The notes: generated from the letters alone by a model not told the origin. 64,000 bases of DNA from Mobula hypostoma (GCF_963921235.1 NC_086104.1:4588001-4652000); one strand, 5' to 3'. Numbered from the stretch's first letter, positions 10,715-25,100 are shown. Translations and numbers: made by a program.

Positions 10715-12790
10715 GGAATCGTCGATGTTTCATATTGAAACCCCGCAACAGGACTGAGAGGGGAGATGACCCGTTTGAAGGGAAGACAAGGAGTGGCGAG
10801 AAAGGACACTGAGCTGATAGATGGACTGAGGTGGGATGTACGATAATGCCAGGGAGGGATGTGAGCGGGATGTGGAGCTGGAGGAGACTGTCAGGTGAAT
10901 GATAGATGAAGGCAGACAGAGAGAGAGCCTGGTGTGGGAAGGGGACTGTGAAGGCAGGAGACAGCTGCTGGAGTGAGGTGATTCTGGAGGGGGTGGAGGT
11001 TGCTCCACTGATCGGAGACAAAATCACAGCTACACTCACAGGGGACAGAATTGATGGCTCATCCACTGAGCCTGTATGTGTAGAACAGAAAAATGTGAAA
11101 GGTCCAATCACTGTGATAGGGTTATACCACACACCCACATCCCCAGTAGTCATTGGGACATTAAGGAACAAATACACAGGTTGATCAGATAGGTTTTAAA
11201 AACAACAGGGTTGTTGTCGTGGGGGTCTTCAAATTCCCCAATGTGGACTGGCAGTTCAATTCTGCAAGGGATTTAGATAGGGCAGAATTTATCAGGTGTC
11301 TGCAGGAGGGGTTTCTAGGTTGGTATGTAGATAATCCAATGAAGGAAGGGCTGTATTGAACTTGGTGTCAGGTAATGAGCTGGCCAGATAACGATACGAG
11401 GGATAGCAATGAAAATGAGCCTGATGTTGGAGGACGTAGGGGAAATTGTTAATGATTCTATTGCCTCAGTATTCATCAGAGAGAGGGAAATGACGTCCAT
11501 GAGGACAGTGTTAAGCAGACTGATATATATGCAAAAAGATAAGTCTTGTCTGTGGGTTGAGATTGTAAATTGGATAGAGGTGGATTTTGATGGTATCAGA
11601 AATTATCTGGAATGGGACAGGTTGTTTTCTAGCAATGGTGTGCTTGGTAAGTGGGAGGCCTATAAAAGTAAAATTTTGAGAGTACAAAGCTTGTATGTGC
11701 CTTTCAGAATAAAAGGTAAAGAGAGCAAGTGTTGTGAACCTTGGTTTCCAAGAAATATTGAGTCTGGTAAAGAAAAGAAAAGGAGGTGCATAACAGGTTT
11801 CGGTGAATAGGAACAAATGAACTTCTTATGGAGTACAAGAAATGCAAATGAACTCTTAATAAAGGAATCAGGAGGACTGAATGAAGACATGAGGTTGCCC
11901 AGTAGATAAGGTGAAGGAGAATCCTGGGGGACTCTACAGATATGTTAAGAGCACAAGAATTGCAGGGGACAAAATAGGTGCTCTGGAATATCAGAAAGGT
12001 AATCCATGTGTGGAGCACAATCTTTATTTATTCAAGAGGTGGACACAGTGTCTATTGAAAAATGGCAAAATGGTATCAACTTCACTTGATGTCCTGAGGC
12101 AAATCAGGGTGGATTAATCCCTTGGGCCTGACAAGCAGTTCCTTCAAACCCAAGAGGAAGCAAGTGCAGAAGTGTTGGGACACTAGCAGAGATATTTCAG
12201 ACATCTAGAGCAGCAGGGGAGATACCAGAGTATTGGAGGACAGTCATTTTGTTCCACTGTTTAAGAAAGGATCTAAACATAAACCAGGAAATTATATGCC
12301 AGTGATTCTGACATCAGCAGCGGGAAAGTTATTGGAAAGTATTCTATGGGACTGGATATATAAATATTTGGATGGATATGGACATTAAGGATAGCCAGCA
12401 TGGCTTCGTACATGGTAGGTTGTGTCTAACCAATCTTATAGAGTTTTTTGAGGAAATTAGCAGGGAAGTGGATGAAGTGGATTAAAATGTATGTTGTCTA
12501 CATGGTCTTTAGCAAGGCATTTGACAAGATCCCACAGGGAAGATTGGTCAATAAGTTTCAATTGCTTGATATTCAGGATGAAGTAGTAAATTGGATTAAA
12601 TCTTGGCTTTGTGGGAGAACCAAAAAGTGGGAGTAGATGGTTGCCTCTTTGACTGGAGGTCTGTGATTAGTGGAATGCCACAATGGTCTGTGCTAAGTCC
12701 ATTACTCTTTGTCATCTATATCAAAGAGCTGGATGATAATGTGGTTAACTGGATCAGCAAATTTGTGGATGACACTGAGATTAGGTGTGT
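10715..12790 (+). mobile_element. Decayed CR1 LINE (endonuclease to RT, internally deleted)
   Basis: Fragments ITVIGLYHTP, FSKAFDKIPQGRL, SGMPQWSVLSPLLFVIYI and SKFVDDT. Confidence 0.85.
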
Positions 12791-12795
12791 GGTGT

Positions 12796-13192
12796 AGTTT
12801 TTGCCAGAATTCTGACTCAACAGCAGTTGGACCTTCCAGATATAGGTGTATTTTTACTACAATCAGTTCCTACACCTTGACTGCACACAGGTCTCCAAAA
12901 TTAGATCTCCATTTAACCAATTATGTGACTTCTAAAACCAATTGTTTGCACCAGGGATGACTTAGTGTGTTATATTAAAGGGTGGTGAATACTTAAGCAA
13001 TCAATTATTTTGTGTTTTATATTTGTAATTAATTTAGGTCACTTTGGAGAGACTTGTTTTCACTTTAACATGAAAGAGTCCTTTTCTGTTGATCAGTGTC
13101 AAACAAAGCCAAATTAAATCCACTGTGATTCAATGCTGTAAAACATTGAAGTATGTCAACTTCCAAGGGGGGAATAATTTTTATAGGCACTA
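12796..13192 (+). mobile_element. Tc1-like transposon terminal fragment
   Basis: Ends in GGGGGGAATAATTTTTATAGGCACTATA, resembling Tc1 TIR ends (..CACTGTA). Contains an internal direct-repeat copy GGTGAATACTT. Confidence 0.6.
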
Positions 13193-13197
13193 TATAT

Positions 13198-13716
13198 ATC
13201 TTTGCCATAGAGGGAGTACAAAGAAGGTTCACCAGATTGATTCCTGGGATGGCAGGACTTTCATATGAAGAAAGACTGGATGAACTGGGCTTGTACTCAT
13301 TGGAATTTAGAAGATTGAGGGGGGATCTGATTGAAACGTATAAGATCCTAAAGGGATTGGACAGGCTAGATGCAGGAAGATTGTTCCCGATGTTGGGGAA
13401 GTCCAGAACGAGGGGTCACAGTTTGAGGATAGAGGGGAAGCCTTTTAGGACCGAGATTAGGAAAAACTTCTTCACACAGAGAGTGGTGAATCTGTGGAAT
13501 TCTCTGCCACAGGAAACAGTTGAGGCCAGTTCATTGGCTATATTTAAGAGGGAGTTAGATATGGCCCTTGTGGCTACGGGGATCAGGGGGTATGGAGGGA
13601 AGGCTGGGGCTGGTTTCTGAGTTGGATGATCAGCCATGATCATAATAAATGGCGGTGCAGGCTCGAAGGACCGAATGGCCTACTCCTGCACCTATTTTCT
13701 ATGTATCTATGTTTCT
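13198..13716 (+). mobile_element. Young 5'-truncated CR1 (copy 1 of 3)
   Basis: Intact ORF2 C-terminus (ORF 13153-13620), near-identical to 29414-29831 and 55911-56998. CTATGTTT-type tail, flanked by (TA)n. Confidence 0.95.
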
Positions 13717-14039
13717 GTATATATATATATAGTTAAATTTAAATAAATTAAATTGTGTAAGCTAAAAAAAAAGTAATGAGGTAGTGTTCATGGCTACAAT
13801 GTCCATTCAAAAATCTAATTTCAGAGGAAAACAAGCCATTCCTGAATCATTGAGTCTGTGCCTTCAGGCTCTTGCACCTCCTTCCTACTGGTGGCAATGA
13901 GAAGAGAGCAGGTCCTGCGTGACGGGGGTCCTTACTTATGGATGCCATCTTTTTGAGGATTCACTCTTTCAAGGTGTCCTGGATGCCTGGGAGTCTATTG
14001 TCCCTGATGGAGCTGATTGAATTCACAAAATTCTGCATC

Positions 14040-15420
14040 TGCTCTGCTATTTCATCATGTACAGAAGGGATGGTTTGCACCTGATCTAGAGGGGAACTCA
14101 TTTCCTAGGGGGAAGGTTTGGTTATGCTTCAAGGTGGGTTTTAAACTAGAGTTTCAGGGGGATGGGAACGAGAGCGCCAGAAAAGTGAGTGAAGACAGAT
14201 GTTGGTAAGACCTCAGACAAAGTCAGGAATCAAATGGTTAAGCATGGTGCAACCATTAGAGAGACTTGGATGCAGGACGGACAGGACTGGCAGATCAATA
14301 TTCTGGTGTTCTACTTTACACATGACAGAGCAGGAGGGATTAACGGAAGAAGGGTGTCATTATTAGTCAAGGAAAATGTCACGACAGTGCTCCGTCAGAC
14401 TGACTGGAGAACTCGACTACTGAATCATTATGGGTGTAAGTGAGTAATAAGAAAGGTATGACCATGTTAATAGTTAATATTACTGACCACCCAAAAGTCC
14501 TAGGGACTTAAGAGGGAAAAAAAATTGGAAAGAGATTGCAAGCTGTTGCAAGAAACATATCTTGACTGGGAACCCATACTGTAAAATGGGGCCGATGTGT
14601 TCAGGAAAGTTCCCTTCATCAGTGCATAGAAGTCCCAACAAGAGAGAGTGTGACACTATATCTACTATTAGGGAATGAGACAGGGCAGGTGACAGAAGTT
14701 TGCGAAGGAGAACATTTTGCATTTATTGACTACAATGCCATTAGATTCAAAGTAAATATGCAAAAAGATTGGTCTGGTCTGCAGTTTGTGGTTCTAAATT
14801 GGAGAAAGGACAATTCGATGGTATCAGAAATGATCTGGCAAAGGTGTACTTGGAAAGTAGGAGGGTTTCAAAAACAAAATTTTGTGAGTACAAATCTTAT
14901 ATATGCTCGTCAGAAAAAAAGGTAAAGATAACAAGTGCAGGGAACTATGGTTTTCAAGAGATATTGAGGCCCTGGTTAAGAGAAAAATAGGAAGGGCATA
15001 GCGGGTATAGGCAGGAAGGAACAAATGAGCTGCTTATGGATTGTAAGAAACGCAAAATCAGGGTGGCTAAAATAAGGCATGCATTTACTCTAGCGGACAA
15101 GGTGATGGAGAATCCTAAGATATTCTGCAGACATGTTAAGAGCAAAAGGATTGCAAGGAAAAAATTAGTCCTCTGGAAGACCAGAATGCTAATCCATGTG
15201 TAGAGACAAAACAGATGAGGGAGATCTTAAATGAATTCTTTGCATCTGTATTTACTCAGGAGATATATACAGAGCCTTTGGAAGTGAGGCAAAGTGTCAT
15301 CAACCTCATGGACCTTGTACAGATTACAGAGGAGGAGATGTTTGTTACCTTGAGGCATATCAGTATGGATAAATCTCCAGGACCTGGCAAGGGGTTCATT
15401 TGGACCCTACAGGAGACAAG
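14040..15420 (+). mobile_element. Decayed CR1 LINE (endonuclease/linker region)
   Basis: Fragments ETWMQDGQDW, LLGNETGQVTEV..GEHFA and EILNEFFASVFT..DKSPGP. Confidence 0.8.
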
Positions 15421-15489
15421 TGCAGAAATTGCCATGGCCAAAGGGCCTGTTTCTGTGCTGTATTTCTCTATCACTATGACTATGATAAA

Positions 15490-17150
15490 GATGCCTGTGA
15501 CAATGATTCCACATATTCACCTCTCTGGCTAAAGAAATTCCTCCTCATCTCTATTCTAAAAGAGGCCCCTCTATCCTGATGCTGTGTCCTTCCCTTCCTA
15601 GACTCTCCATCTATAGGAAACATTCTCTCCACATCCATTCTATCAAGGCCTTTCAATATTCAATAGCTTTCAAATAGGTCACCCCTCATTCTTCTGAATT
15701 CTAGTCAGTACATGCCCAGAGCCATCAAATGCTCTTCATGTCACAAGCTGTTCAATCCTGGAATCATTTTCGTGAACCTCCTTTGAACCGTCTCCAGTGT
15801 CAGCACATTCTTTCAAATTTAAGGGGCCCAAAACTGCTCACAGAACACCAAGGGAGGGTTCACCAGTGCTTTATAAAGCTTCAATATTACATTCTGGCTT
15901 TTATATTCTTGTTCTCTTGAAATGAATGCTAGGGTCACATTTCCCTTCCTCACCAGAAACCCAGCCTGCAAATTAACATTTAGGGAAGCCTGCACAAGAC
16001 TCCCAAGTCCGCCTTTCACCTCAGATTTTTAATCTTTTTCTCCATTTAGAAAATTGCCTACCATTTTATTTTTTCTACCTAAGTGCATGACCATGCACTT
16101 CCCCACACTGTATTCCATATGTCATTTCTTTGCCAATTCTCCTAATATGTCTAAGTCCTTCTGTAGCCTCCATACTTCCTTAAAACTATCTGTTCCTCCA
16201 CCTATCTTCATACCATCTGCAAACTTTGCAATATGGCCAACACCTGTACCATCCAAATCATTCACATACAACATAAAAAAGAATTGGTCCCAATACAGAC
16301 CACAGTGGAACACCACTAGTCACCGGCAGATAGTCAGAAAAGGCTCCCCTTATTTTCACTCTTTGCCACCAGCCAATCAGCCACCTGTAATACCATGTTA
16401 AGCAGCCTCATGTGTGGCACCTTGTCAAAAGCCTTCTGAAAATTCAAGTACACAACATTAACTGATTCTCGTTTGTCTTTCCTGTGTGTTATTTCTTCAA
16501 AGAATTCCAACAGATTTGTCAGGCAAGAAGGAACTATTCTGACTATGGCTTGTTTTATCATATGCTTCCAAGTGCTCTGAAACCACATCCTGAACAATTG
16601 ATTCCAACATTTTCCCAACCATTGAGGTCAGACTAACTGGCCTATAATTTCCTTTCTTTTGCCTCTCTCCCTTTTTGAAGAGTGGAGTGACATTTGCAAT
16701 TTTCCAGTCTTCCAAAACCATTCCAGAACCTAGTGATTCTTGAAAGACCATTATTAATGCCTCTACAATCTCTTCACTCACCTGTTTCAGAACTCTGGGG
16801 TGTACAGCACCTGGTCCAGGTGACTTACCTACATTCAGACATTTCGGTTTCCCAAGAACTTTCTCTCTAGTAATGGCAATTTCACACACTTCTGACCTCT
16901 GACACTCTGGAACTTTACTGCTGGTTTCTTACACAGTGAAGAATGATGCAAAGTACTTATTCGGGTCATCTGCCATTTCCTTGTCCCCCATTACTACCTC
17001 TCCAGCATTGTTTTCCAGCGGTCCAATGTCCACTCTCCCATTTCTTATACACTTGATGTATCTTCTTTAATATTATTGGCTAGCTTTCTTTTGTATTCCA
17101 TCTTTTCCTTCTTAATGGCTTTTTTTTAGCCTTTGCTACACTTTTCTGAA
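15490..17150 (-). mobile_element. Decayed CR1 LINE RT region
   Basis: ORFs with GNYRPVSLTS, YLNFQKAFDKVPH and IAKFADGMKIGG. Confidence 0.85.
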
Positions 17151-17199
17151 GTCCACAATCAATTCTTTGGTTGAAGTGTCCCAACTCTTTTACTTAAAA

Positions 17200-17885
17200 T
17201 CAAGTTCCTTGGGGTGCAGATCTCGGACAATCTCACCTGGTCCAGGAACACCACTGGGATTGTGAAACGGGCCCAGCAGAGATTGCACTTTCTGAGGAAG
17301 TTTAAACAAGCATCACTCCCCACTAACATCTTAACTACGATCTACAGAGGCGTGGTTGAGAGTGTGCTGACCTTTTGCATCACAACCTGGTACTCCAGCT
17401 GCAGTGCTGTCGACAAAAAAGCCTTGCAGAGGGTGGTTAGGGGAGCAGAGAAGGTTATTGGGGTCTCCCTACCTTCTGTCCAAGACCTTTTTCAGAGTCG
17501 ATGCCTCCAGAAGACACAGTACATCATTAAAGACCCCTCACACCATCTCCATGAACTGTTTGTTCTTCTGCCATCAGGCAAATGTGACAGGAGCATCAAA
17601 ACTAAAACCACAAGGCTACTAAACAGCTTCCTCCCACAGGCAGTCAGACTGCTAAATAGCTGCTCTACCTGACTCTGCTTTGGACACTTTTAACTTGCAC
17701 TGGACATTTATAACTTGATTTTAATTGACATGTAGCTGTTGTGTTTTACTATTTATTGTTATGTTTATTATTTAGTGTTGCGTTTGTTATGTTATGATTG
17801 CACTGCTTCTAAGAAATGCTGTCTCATTCTGCCCTGCAGAGCTGATGTATGGTTAGAATGACAATGAAGTTTTTTGAATCTTGAA
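17200..17885 (+). mobile_element. Rex1/Babar-type LINE 3' fragment
   Basis: ORF 17214-17672 (ISDNLTWSRNT..KRAQQRLHFLRK..YRGVVESVLTFCITTWY..LPSG..FLPQAVRLLN), followed by a TTGAATC-type tail. Confidence 0.85.
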
Positions 17886-19154
17886 TCTGTCCTGTCCTGT
17901 CCTGTTCTAGGAAGGTCAGTGTGCAAAGCATTTCTGTACTGTCCTGCCTATCTGCATCACCACTTTTAGCAACAGAGTTTTACATATGGAGTGTAGATCT
18001 GGAGACAGAGGAAAGGAGAACCAATTACAGACATCAACCATGATGTCGCTGAACAACAGAATCAGTATGAAGGACTGAATGGCCTACAGCTGCTTCTTTT
18101 CTCATTTTCCCCTGCAACTGTAGCACAGAGAGGAACCTGGACAGAAAAGTAGTTCCCAGGACGTCATGTAGAGGACACATGGTGTAGTAAGAGGTTTGGT
18201 TTTCTCTGTGGTTGAACATTGTTGTCTCAGCATTTAAACTTTCACACTCGGTAGGGACAGAACTCTCAACCTCTTTGTCCGACACCTGCTTCCTACAGGA
18301 CTGTGTGAATAGGTCCTGCCTATAATTTTGCAAATTTTGATGCTGTGTTTTGTTGTGGTATGTAGGATCTTTTGCAGGGTCAATGCCATATATTCTGTTA
18401 ATGTGGTATTAAATATTGGGATGATTTTGTCTGTAAGCTCAGCTTTGCCATCAGCATTCTGTAGAGTCTGGATCTGTGTTTTTGCTGTTAATGTCCAATT
18501 GTGAAGCAGTTGAAATAACTGTATTTTCATCAGTGCTTTGGTGGGTTGCATCTTCATTATTTTCATGCATTATACTGTTGTGGTTTCTGACTGGTTTCCA
18601 GTAGCTCTTATACAACTTCATGTTTTAGTTGGCTTAATATGTCTAAAGGGATTAAGTTATTTCTTACTATTTGCTATCATTATACATTTACTTGAATGGA
18701 GTGATATTGCACCATAAACTGTTGATTAAGTTTGTCCCTGTATCCTGTCATGTCAATCTCAAGTTGTTGTTATTATTATTGTTATTAATGTGTCTTTCTT
18801 TTAGTATTTGCACCGTTTGTTGTCACTTTTCACAGTGGTTGTACACCCAGTTGGTGTGGTCTTTCACTGAATCTTTTATGTTTATTGGAATTTTTGAGTG
18901 TGCCCGCAAGAAAATGAATCTCTGGGCTGCATATTGTAACATATGTTCTTTGGTAATAAATTTACTTACAACTTTGATCTTTGAATATCCTCCATGATTG
19001 ACCACTACCACCCTGAGATGAATGTACTGGCTGATCACTTTATCTGTGCCTCTCATCCTCTGACGCTCTGCACTTCACTAATACAGGCTGCACACTGGTA
19101 AATCTCCTCTGCACTATCTCTAAACTGATTACATATTTCCTATAATGTATTCAT

Positions 19155-19400
19155 TTATTTAGAGAATAGGCCCTGCTGGTCCTTCGAGCCACCCTGTACA
19201 GCAACCCCTAGCAAACCCAACTTAACCCTGACCTAAACATGGGACAATTTTCAATGACCAACTCAGCTACCCGGTATGTCTTTGGACTATGGGAGGAAAC
19301 CAGAATATACAGAGACTCCTTATGGAGGACACTGGGACTGAAATCTGAAATCCGATGCCACGACCTGTAACAGCATTTCACTAACTGTGATCCTACCCTG
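19155..19400 (-). mobile_element. tRNA-derived SINE (HE1-like); related copies at about 40170-40395 and 53230-53420
   Basis: Shared core on + strand (ACAATTT.CAATGACCAA...TTTGGACT.TGGGAGGAAACC). The 40.3 kb copy keeps a tRNA-like head with B-box-like GGTTTAATCC. Confidence 0.6.
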
Positions 19401-21383
19401 GCTCTGCTACAGTGCGAGGATGCACTGGGCAGCCCACAGGTGTCACCACACTTCTGACGCCAGCAAATTACTAACCAGTATGACTTTGGAATGTGAGCAG
19501 AAACCAAAGCACCTAAAGGAAACTTACATGATCATGGAAAAATATATAAACTCCCTACGGACAGTGGCAGGATAAATCCTGATCTTCCAATCACTGTACA
19601 GTAACTTAACACACCATATACAGTAACTTATTAACACCCTATCAAGTTTGGCTGCAAGTTTAAGGGATCTATGAACATAGACTCCTAGATCCCTCTGTTT
19701 CTCCAAACTGCTAAGAATCCTACAAATCATTATGTACTCTGCCTTTAAGTTTGACCTTCCAAAAGTGAATCACTTCATGTTATTCTGCTTTGAACTCCAT
19801 CTGACACCACACAGCCCAACTCTGGATCCTATTAATGTCCTGTTCTCCAAGCCCACTGCCAACATGGAGAGTGCCAACTTACCATAGGGATTGAAACATC
19901 AAATCCTAGTAGCTCTACTATGATACCCTTCCACACTATCCACAACTACACCAATGTTCATGTCATCGGCAAACATACTAATCCACCACTCCACTTTCTC
20001 AGCTAAGTTACTTCACAAAATCACAAGGAAGGTTCCCTGTGGAATATCACTGGTCACCAACCTCCAGGCAGAATCCACTCCATCTTCTACCACCCTCTGG
20101 CTACTGTGAACAAGACAATTCCAAATGCACACAGCCATGTTTCCCTCAGTCCCGTATCTCCTGCTTTTCTGAATGAGCCTACCATGGGGAAGCTTGTCAA
20201 ATGCCTAGTTAAACTCCATATGCGCCACATCCACCACTCTACCCTCAACAATTTTTTTCTATGTCAGTGCCCACAGGGGATTCCTGGCCTGATTGACTAC
20301 TTCCTCTACCTTTCTTTATTGGTACTTGCTATCTGCTGCCTGCACATCAGGTGCAACCACTTCTTTAAAACTCTTCTCTATGATGCTCCTAGTATTCCAG
20401 GTCATCCTAAGTACGTCTGACCTCAGCTCCGGTTCCTTAATGTGGTGAGGCAGCTAATTGCAGCTAGGTGCATTTCCTCCCTGTGTGGTCACCAGTTACA
20501 AAGGAACACTCATTGATCTCCCACATTCTGCAGGAGGAGAATGCCACTAACATGATGAACACCTGAAGCTCGCCAAGAAAGAGAAGGAATTCCAAGGAAA
20601 ACCTTACTTCAACTCAGCCTCCTCTCACCAAAGCTCCCTAAACAAAAGCCTGAGCACATGCACAAACACAGCACTTACAGCTCAAACGCAGACACTCCCA
20701 AAACTGGCCGCTCCACTAGAGGCTGCTTCCATTTGGTACCTGCAAGTCACTCTTAAAATGCTGCTGGAACTGGAAAACTCAACTTCAGCTTTTCTTTTTG
20801 CAATACCTTGGAATGCCCTACCGCGCTCTGCACTCATAGTGTTCAATGTTACCATATTCACTGTTGATCCTGTGAGCTTCTCGTGTGCCAGATGACTGTA
20901 CTATGTGGGGACGTGAGAATAACAACGGGCGAGTGATTCAGCTGGCTGTGGGGGGATATGAGGGTTCTTCACGAAAATGACCAATATTACAGTCGCTGGC
21001 AATCTGCAAACCCTCCACATTCCGTAAGGCTACCTTAATAAACCTCCAGATTGTTCAGATAAATTAAATTCCCAGAAGTACATCCACTTATTCTTTGGAT
21101 TCCTGCAATTTCCCCAGTGGACCTATTGAGATGTACTGTAGATATTCTGTGATTCTGATTAATTTTCACTAAGTATATGCCTTGCAGTTCACACTGTTAA
21201 TCCGATCAACCCCAGTAGGAGAGGATCAGAGATACACAGCTGCCCAAAGAGCATGAAACCATCTCCATGTTTTTGCAGTCGTGCCCCATGCAGAACATTG
21301 CAATTATACGAAGGAGCATACAGAATGCAGGACGCACACCACAAATCAAACTATGTCAGATGCTGCGACAGATATTCCAATGT

Positions 21384-21660
21384 AAACGCACAGGCACATA
21401 CCTACTGAATCACATAGGTACGCACCCACTGAAACATGCAGGTAGATACCCACTGAAACACACTGATACTTATGCACAGAAACACACATGTGCATACCTA
21501 CCGAATCACACAGTTACATACCCACAGTAACACACAGGTGCAAACCTACAAAATAACACAGGAACACACCCACGAAAATGCAAAGATATGTACCCACAGA
21601 AATGCACTGGTATTTATCCACAGAAACACCCAGGTGCTTACCCAGAGAAACACACAGGAA
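21384..21660 (+). repeat. Diverged 24-bp tandem repeat (about 11.5 units)
   Basis: Units such as AAACATGCAGGTAGATACCCACTG and AAATGCACTGGTATTTATCCACAG recur in exact 24-nt register. Confidence 0.85.
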
Positions 21661-22199
21661 AAGAGTCACTGCAGGAAGGTGTTCAGTGCTTATCTTTAGA
21701 GACTGGCAGTCGCATTTTCCTCAGTTTATCTATCCAGCTGACTCTACTTCCTCATTGCAGCAGTTATTGAGCACACAGAAAGAGGAAGCAAAGGCAATAA
21801 TATCTCAGACTACCTTTTCCTGTAGATTAACATTTTACATGGTAAATTCGTTATTTTCAACAAACGATACCCAGGAAACTCAGAAGCAGAGGGGAGAAGC
21901 CAGCAGAGCTCAAATTTTGTTTTGCGTTAAGAAAGGGGGCAGCCTGCAGTCAAGTGGCCATTGTAGTTAAGTAGTTATTTTTGAGGTCAAAGTGATGAGG
22001 CTTTGGCTGTTACAGTTTAGAGAAGAGGCTGAACACAGCTAAGAGGCAAGGTCTGCATGGGTATGGTTTTCCTAACACGAGCAGTGGGATGCAGGATCTG
22101 GGAGACCAGGTTCGCTCTAACAGAAACACCGACTGCCCCTGGCAAAACCATGCTGACTGTCCTTAACGTTTCTCCAAATGCTTGGAAATCCTGTCCCTA

Positions 22200-25100
22200 A
22201 GAATCTTCTTTCTTTTTCCAATATTTTTATTAAATTTATTAAATTTCACATACATAAATACAGAATTCATAAGGATACTTATTATAGATCAAAATAAGGT
22301 AGCACATAATGCACTATATATAAATCACACTGATACAATCACTGTATCCCATATTCATGATAAATCTAATCAAATAAATTGAATTATGAAATACAATAAT
22401 ATGGTTAATTATATTATTTTAGAAAATGTATAGCCACTACTAAGACAAAGCTGGTTGGTTAAAAAAAAACAAAAAGAAGAGTACCTTACCATATAGTGTT
22501 TTATAATAATAGCCCAGATCTATTTGTGTACGTTTACAAAATACAATTAAGTTGGTCAGTAAAACTATTGAAAATCTTTTCTTTGTACTTTTGTCAGTTA
22601 AATAAAGGTTCACGTGAATTAACATATCACAGATTTTTGTTTTTATTGCATTTTGGAAAATATCCCAACTTCTCTGGAAATGGGGTTTGTAGCTAATTCC
22701 ATTCAACTCGGTCAAGAGCCTTCTCCGCATCCAGAGATATCACACATTCCGATATTTCCTTGGATGGAGGATACATAACATTTAACAATCACTGTATATT
22801 AAAATGGGAATATTGATTTGTAATAAATCCTGTCTGATCATCAGATATTATAGATGGTATCTTGAGTCTTTGGGCCAAAACTTTAGATAGGATCTTAGCA
22901 TCAACATTAAGTAAAGAAATTGGTCTATATGAAGAGCATTCAGTGGGATTCTTATTCTTTTTAAGAATAAACGAAATGGAAGCTTCATAAAAAGACTGTA
23001 GCAACCTACAGACCTTGAAGGAATCAGTAAGGGTAGAACATAAATGAGGTATAAGCAATGAAGAAAAAGCCTTATAGAATTCTCCAGAGAATCTATCAGG
23101 TCATGGATATTTCCTAGAATGCAATGAATGTACAGCCTCAGTGATTTCCTCCAGAGAAATAGGTCGATCCAGCTGCTTTCGATTATCAACCAAAAGTCCA
23201 GGAATATTTAATTGGTCGAAAAATTGTTCATTGCATTATTATCTTTAACAAAATCAGAACTGTACAGTTTAGAATAAAATTCTCTAAAAGTGTCATTTAT
23301 TTCAAAATGGTCAGTTGTCAAATCACCATTGGTTTTGCAAATTTCTTTAATTTGCCATTTAGCTATAAAGGTCTTCAATTGATTAGCCAATAGTTTACCA
23401 GTTTTTTTCTCCATTTATATAGAATTGGCTTCTAGCTTTCAAAAGTTGGCTTTCAATTGGATACGTTCTAGGAAGATCACATTTAGTTTTAATTTCAATA
23501 TGTCTTTTGTATAGTTCAGGGTCTGGTGCCAAAGCATATTTCTGGTCTAATTGTTTTAATTGATTAACTAAGTCAGTTCTCTGTTTATTAGCTTTTTCTT
23601 AATATATGCAGCATAGGAGATAATCTGCTCTCTAATATATGCCTTAAAATCATCCCAAATGATAAGACTAGAAGTCTCTTCCAACGTATTGTCTTAAAAA
23701 AAAGAGTAATTTGATTCTCCAGAAATTTTAGGAAGTCCTCACCAGATAGTAAAGTTAAATTAAAACGCCAGGATCTGTTCATATGAGTGAAACCAGGAAG
23801 ATTTAAAGATAGAAATACAGGAGAATGGTCGGATGCAGCTATTTCTTTATATTCAATGAATCGAACTAATGGAATCGTTTGACTATCAATAAAAAAAATA
23901 ATCAATCCTAGCTTAGGACTGATGGATGAGATAAGAATGAATACTCCCTTTCTGCTGGGTGAAAAAAAAATGCCAGTCATCGACAGTATCACATTTCATT
24001 AGAAAGGATTGAATAAATAAAGCTGATTTAGTAGGTGTGTCTGATTTAGGAGAAGAATGATCTAATAGTGGGTCTGACAACAATTAAAATCTCCTCCCAT
24101 CACTAAAGAATAAAGACCCAAATCTGGGAGGAATGAAAAGAAACGCTCAAAAAATCCTGTGTCATCCAGATTGGGGGTGTACACATTAGCAAATACAATT
24201 AATTTATTATCTAGTTTCCCTGACACTATGACAAATCACCCATTAAGATCACAGCCAACTTTATGTTGAACAAAAGAAATTGTATTATCTGTAAATATCG
24301 AGACCTCTCGAGATTTTGCTCTAAATGAAGAATGAAATTGTAAATCCCTCCACCGATTAAAAAGGCGTGCGTTGTCACAACTACGCACATGCGCTTCTGG
24401 TAGAAAAATAATGGCGGCCCTTAACTTTTCAATATAAGTAAAACTCTTATTCTGTTTCACAGGATGATTTAACCCTTTCACATTAAAACTAAGTAAAGTA
24501 ATACTTTGATCCATTTTAAAAACTAATTAACAGAAGAGTTAAAAGATGTGATCATAAATTATTAGAACCAGAGAACAAAGCATAAAATAAGGTACTCAAA
24601 CAGAAAATTTGGATGGTAGCCCAACCCAACTACCAAAGAAAAAAGAAACCCCACCCCTCTCCCTCCCAAAGCCAAAAAAGCCGACCACAGAACAGACAGC
24701 ATGCTAAACCCTAAAGACAACCCTCCCAAAGAAATCCTGCTGGCAAAACTCCAATTGTTCAAGGTTATTATGTTCCTATCAAGAGAAAACAGACAAAATA
24801 AACTTAGATCAGAAATCCAAAACATAAGAGCATTCATTTTAACAATTTCAAAAAAAATAGAAAAACCTCAAAAAAAGAGTAAAGCAATAAAAAATATCAA
24901 TGAAAATATCAGAAAGCAAAATATATAAATGGTCAAAATGTAAGTTTATTAAAACCTTATTCTATCCAACATTAAAAATGCTCTTGTAAGAGATATAACA
25001 CAATTAATCTTCTGCTTTCAAAAACTTCTATGCGTGTTCAACCGATCCCAGCCATTTCTGCACACCATTTTTCTGAATGATTCTAAGACTTGTGGGGAAG

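Noticed and set aside
20818-20900. - strand phase-1 terminal-exon candidate encoding ...INSEYGNIEHYECRAR* (ITIM-like SEYGNI)
   Set aside because: Short, with no linked upstream Ig or TM exon found; compatible with chance.
21384-21660. 24-bp array as a CRISPR
   Set aside because: Contiguous tandem units with no unique spacers and no cas genes, in a eukaryotic context.
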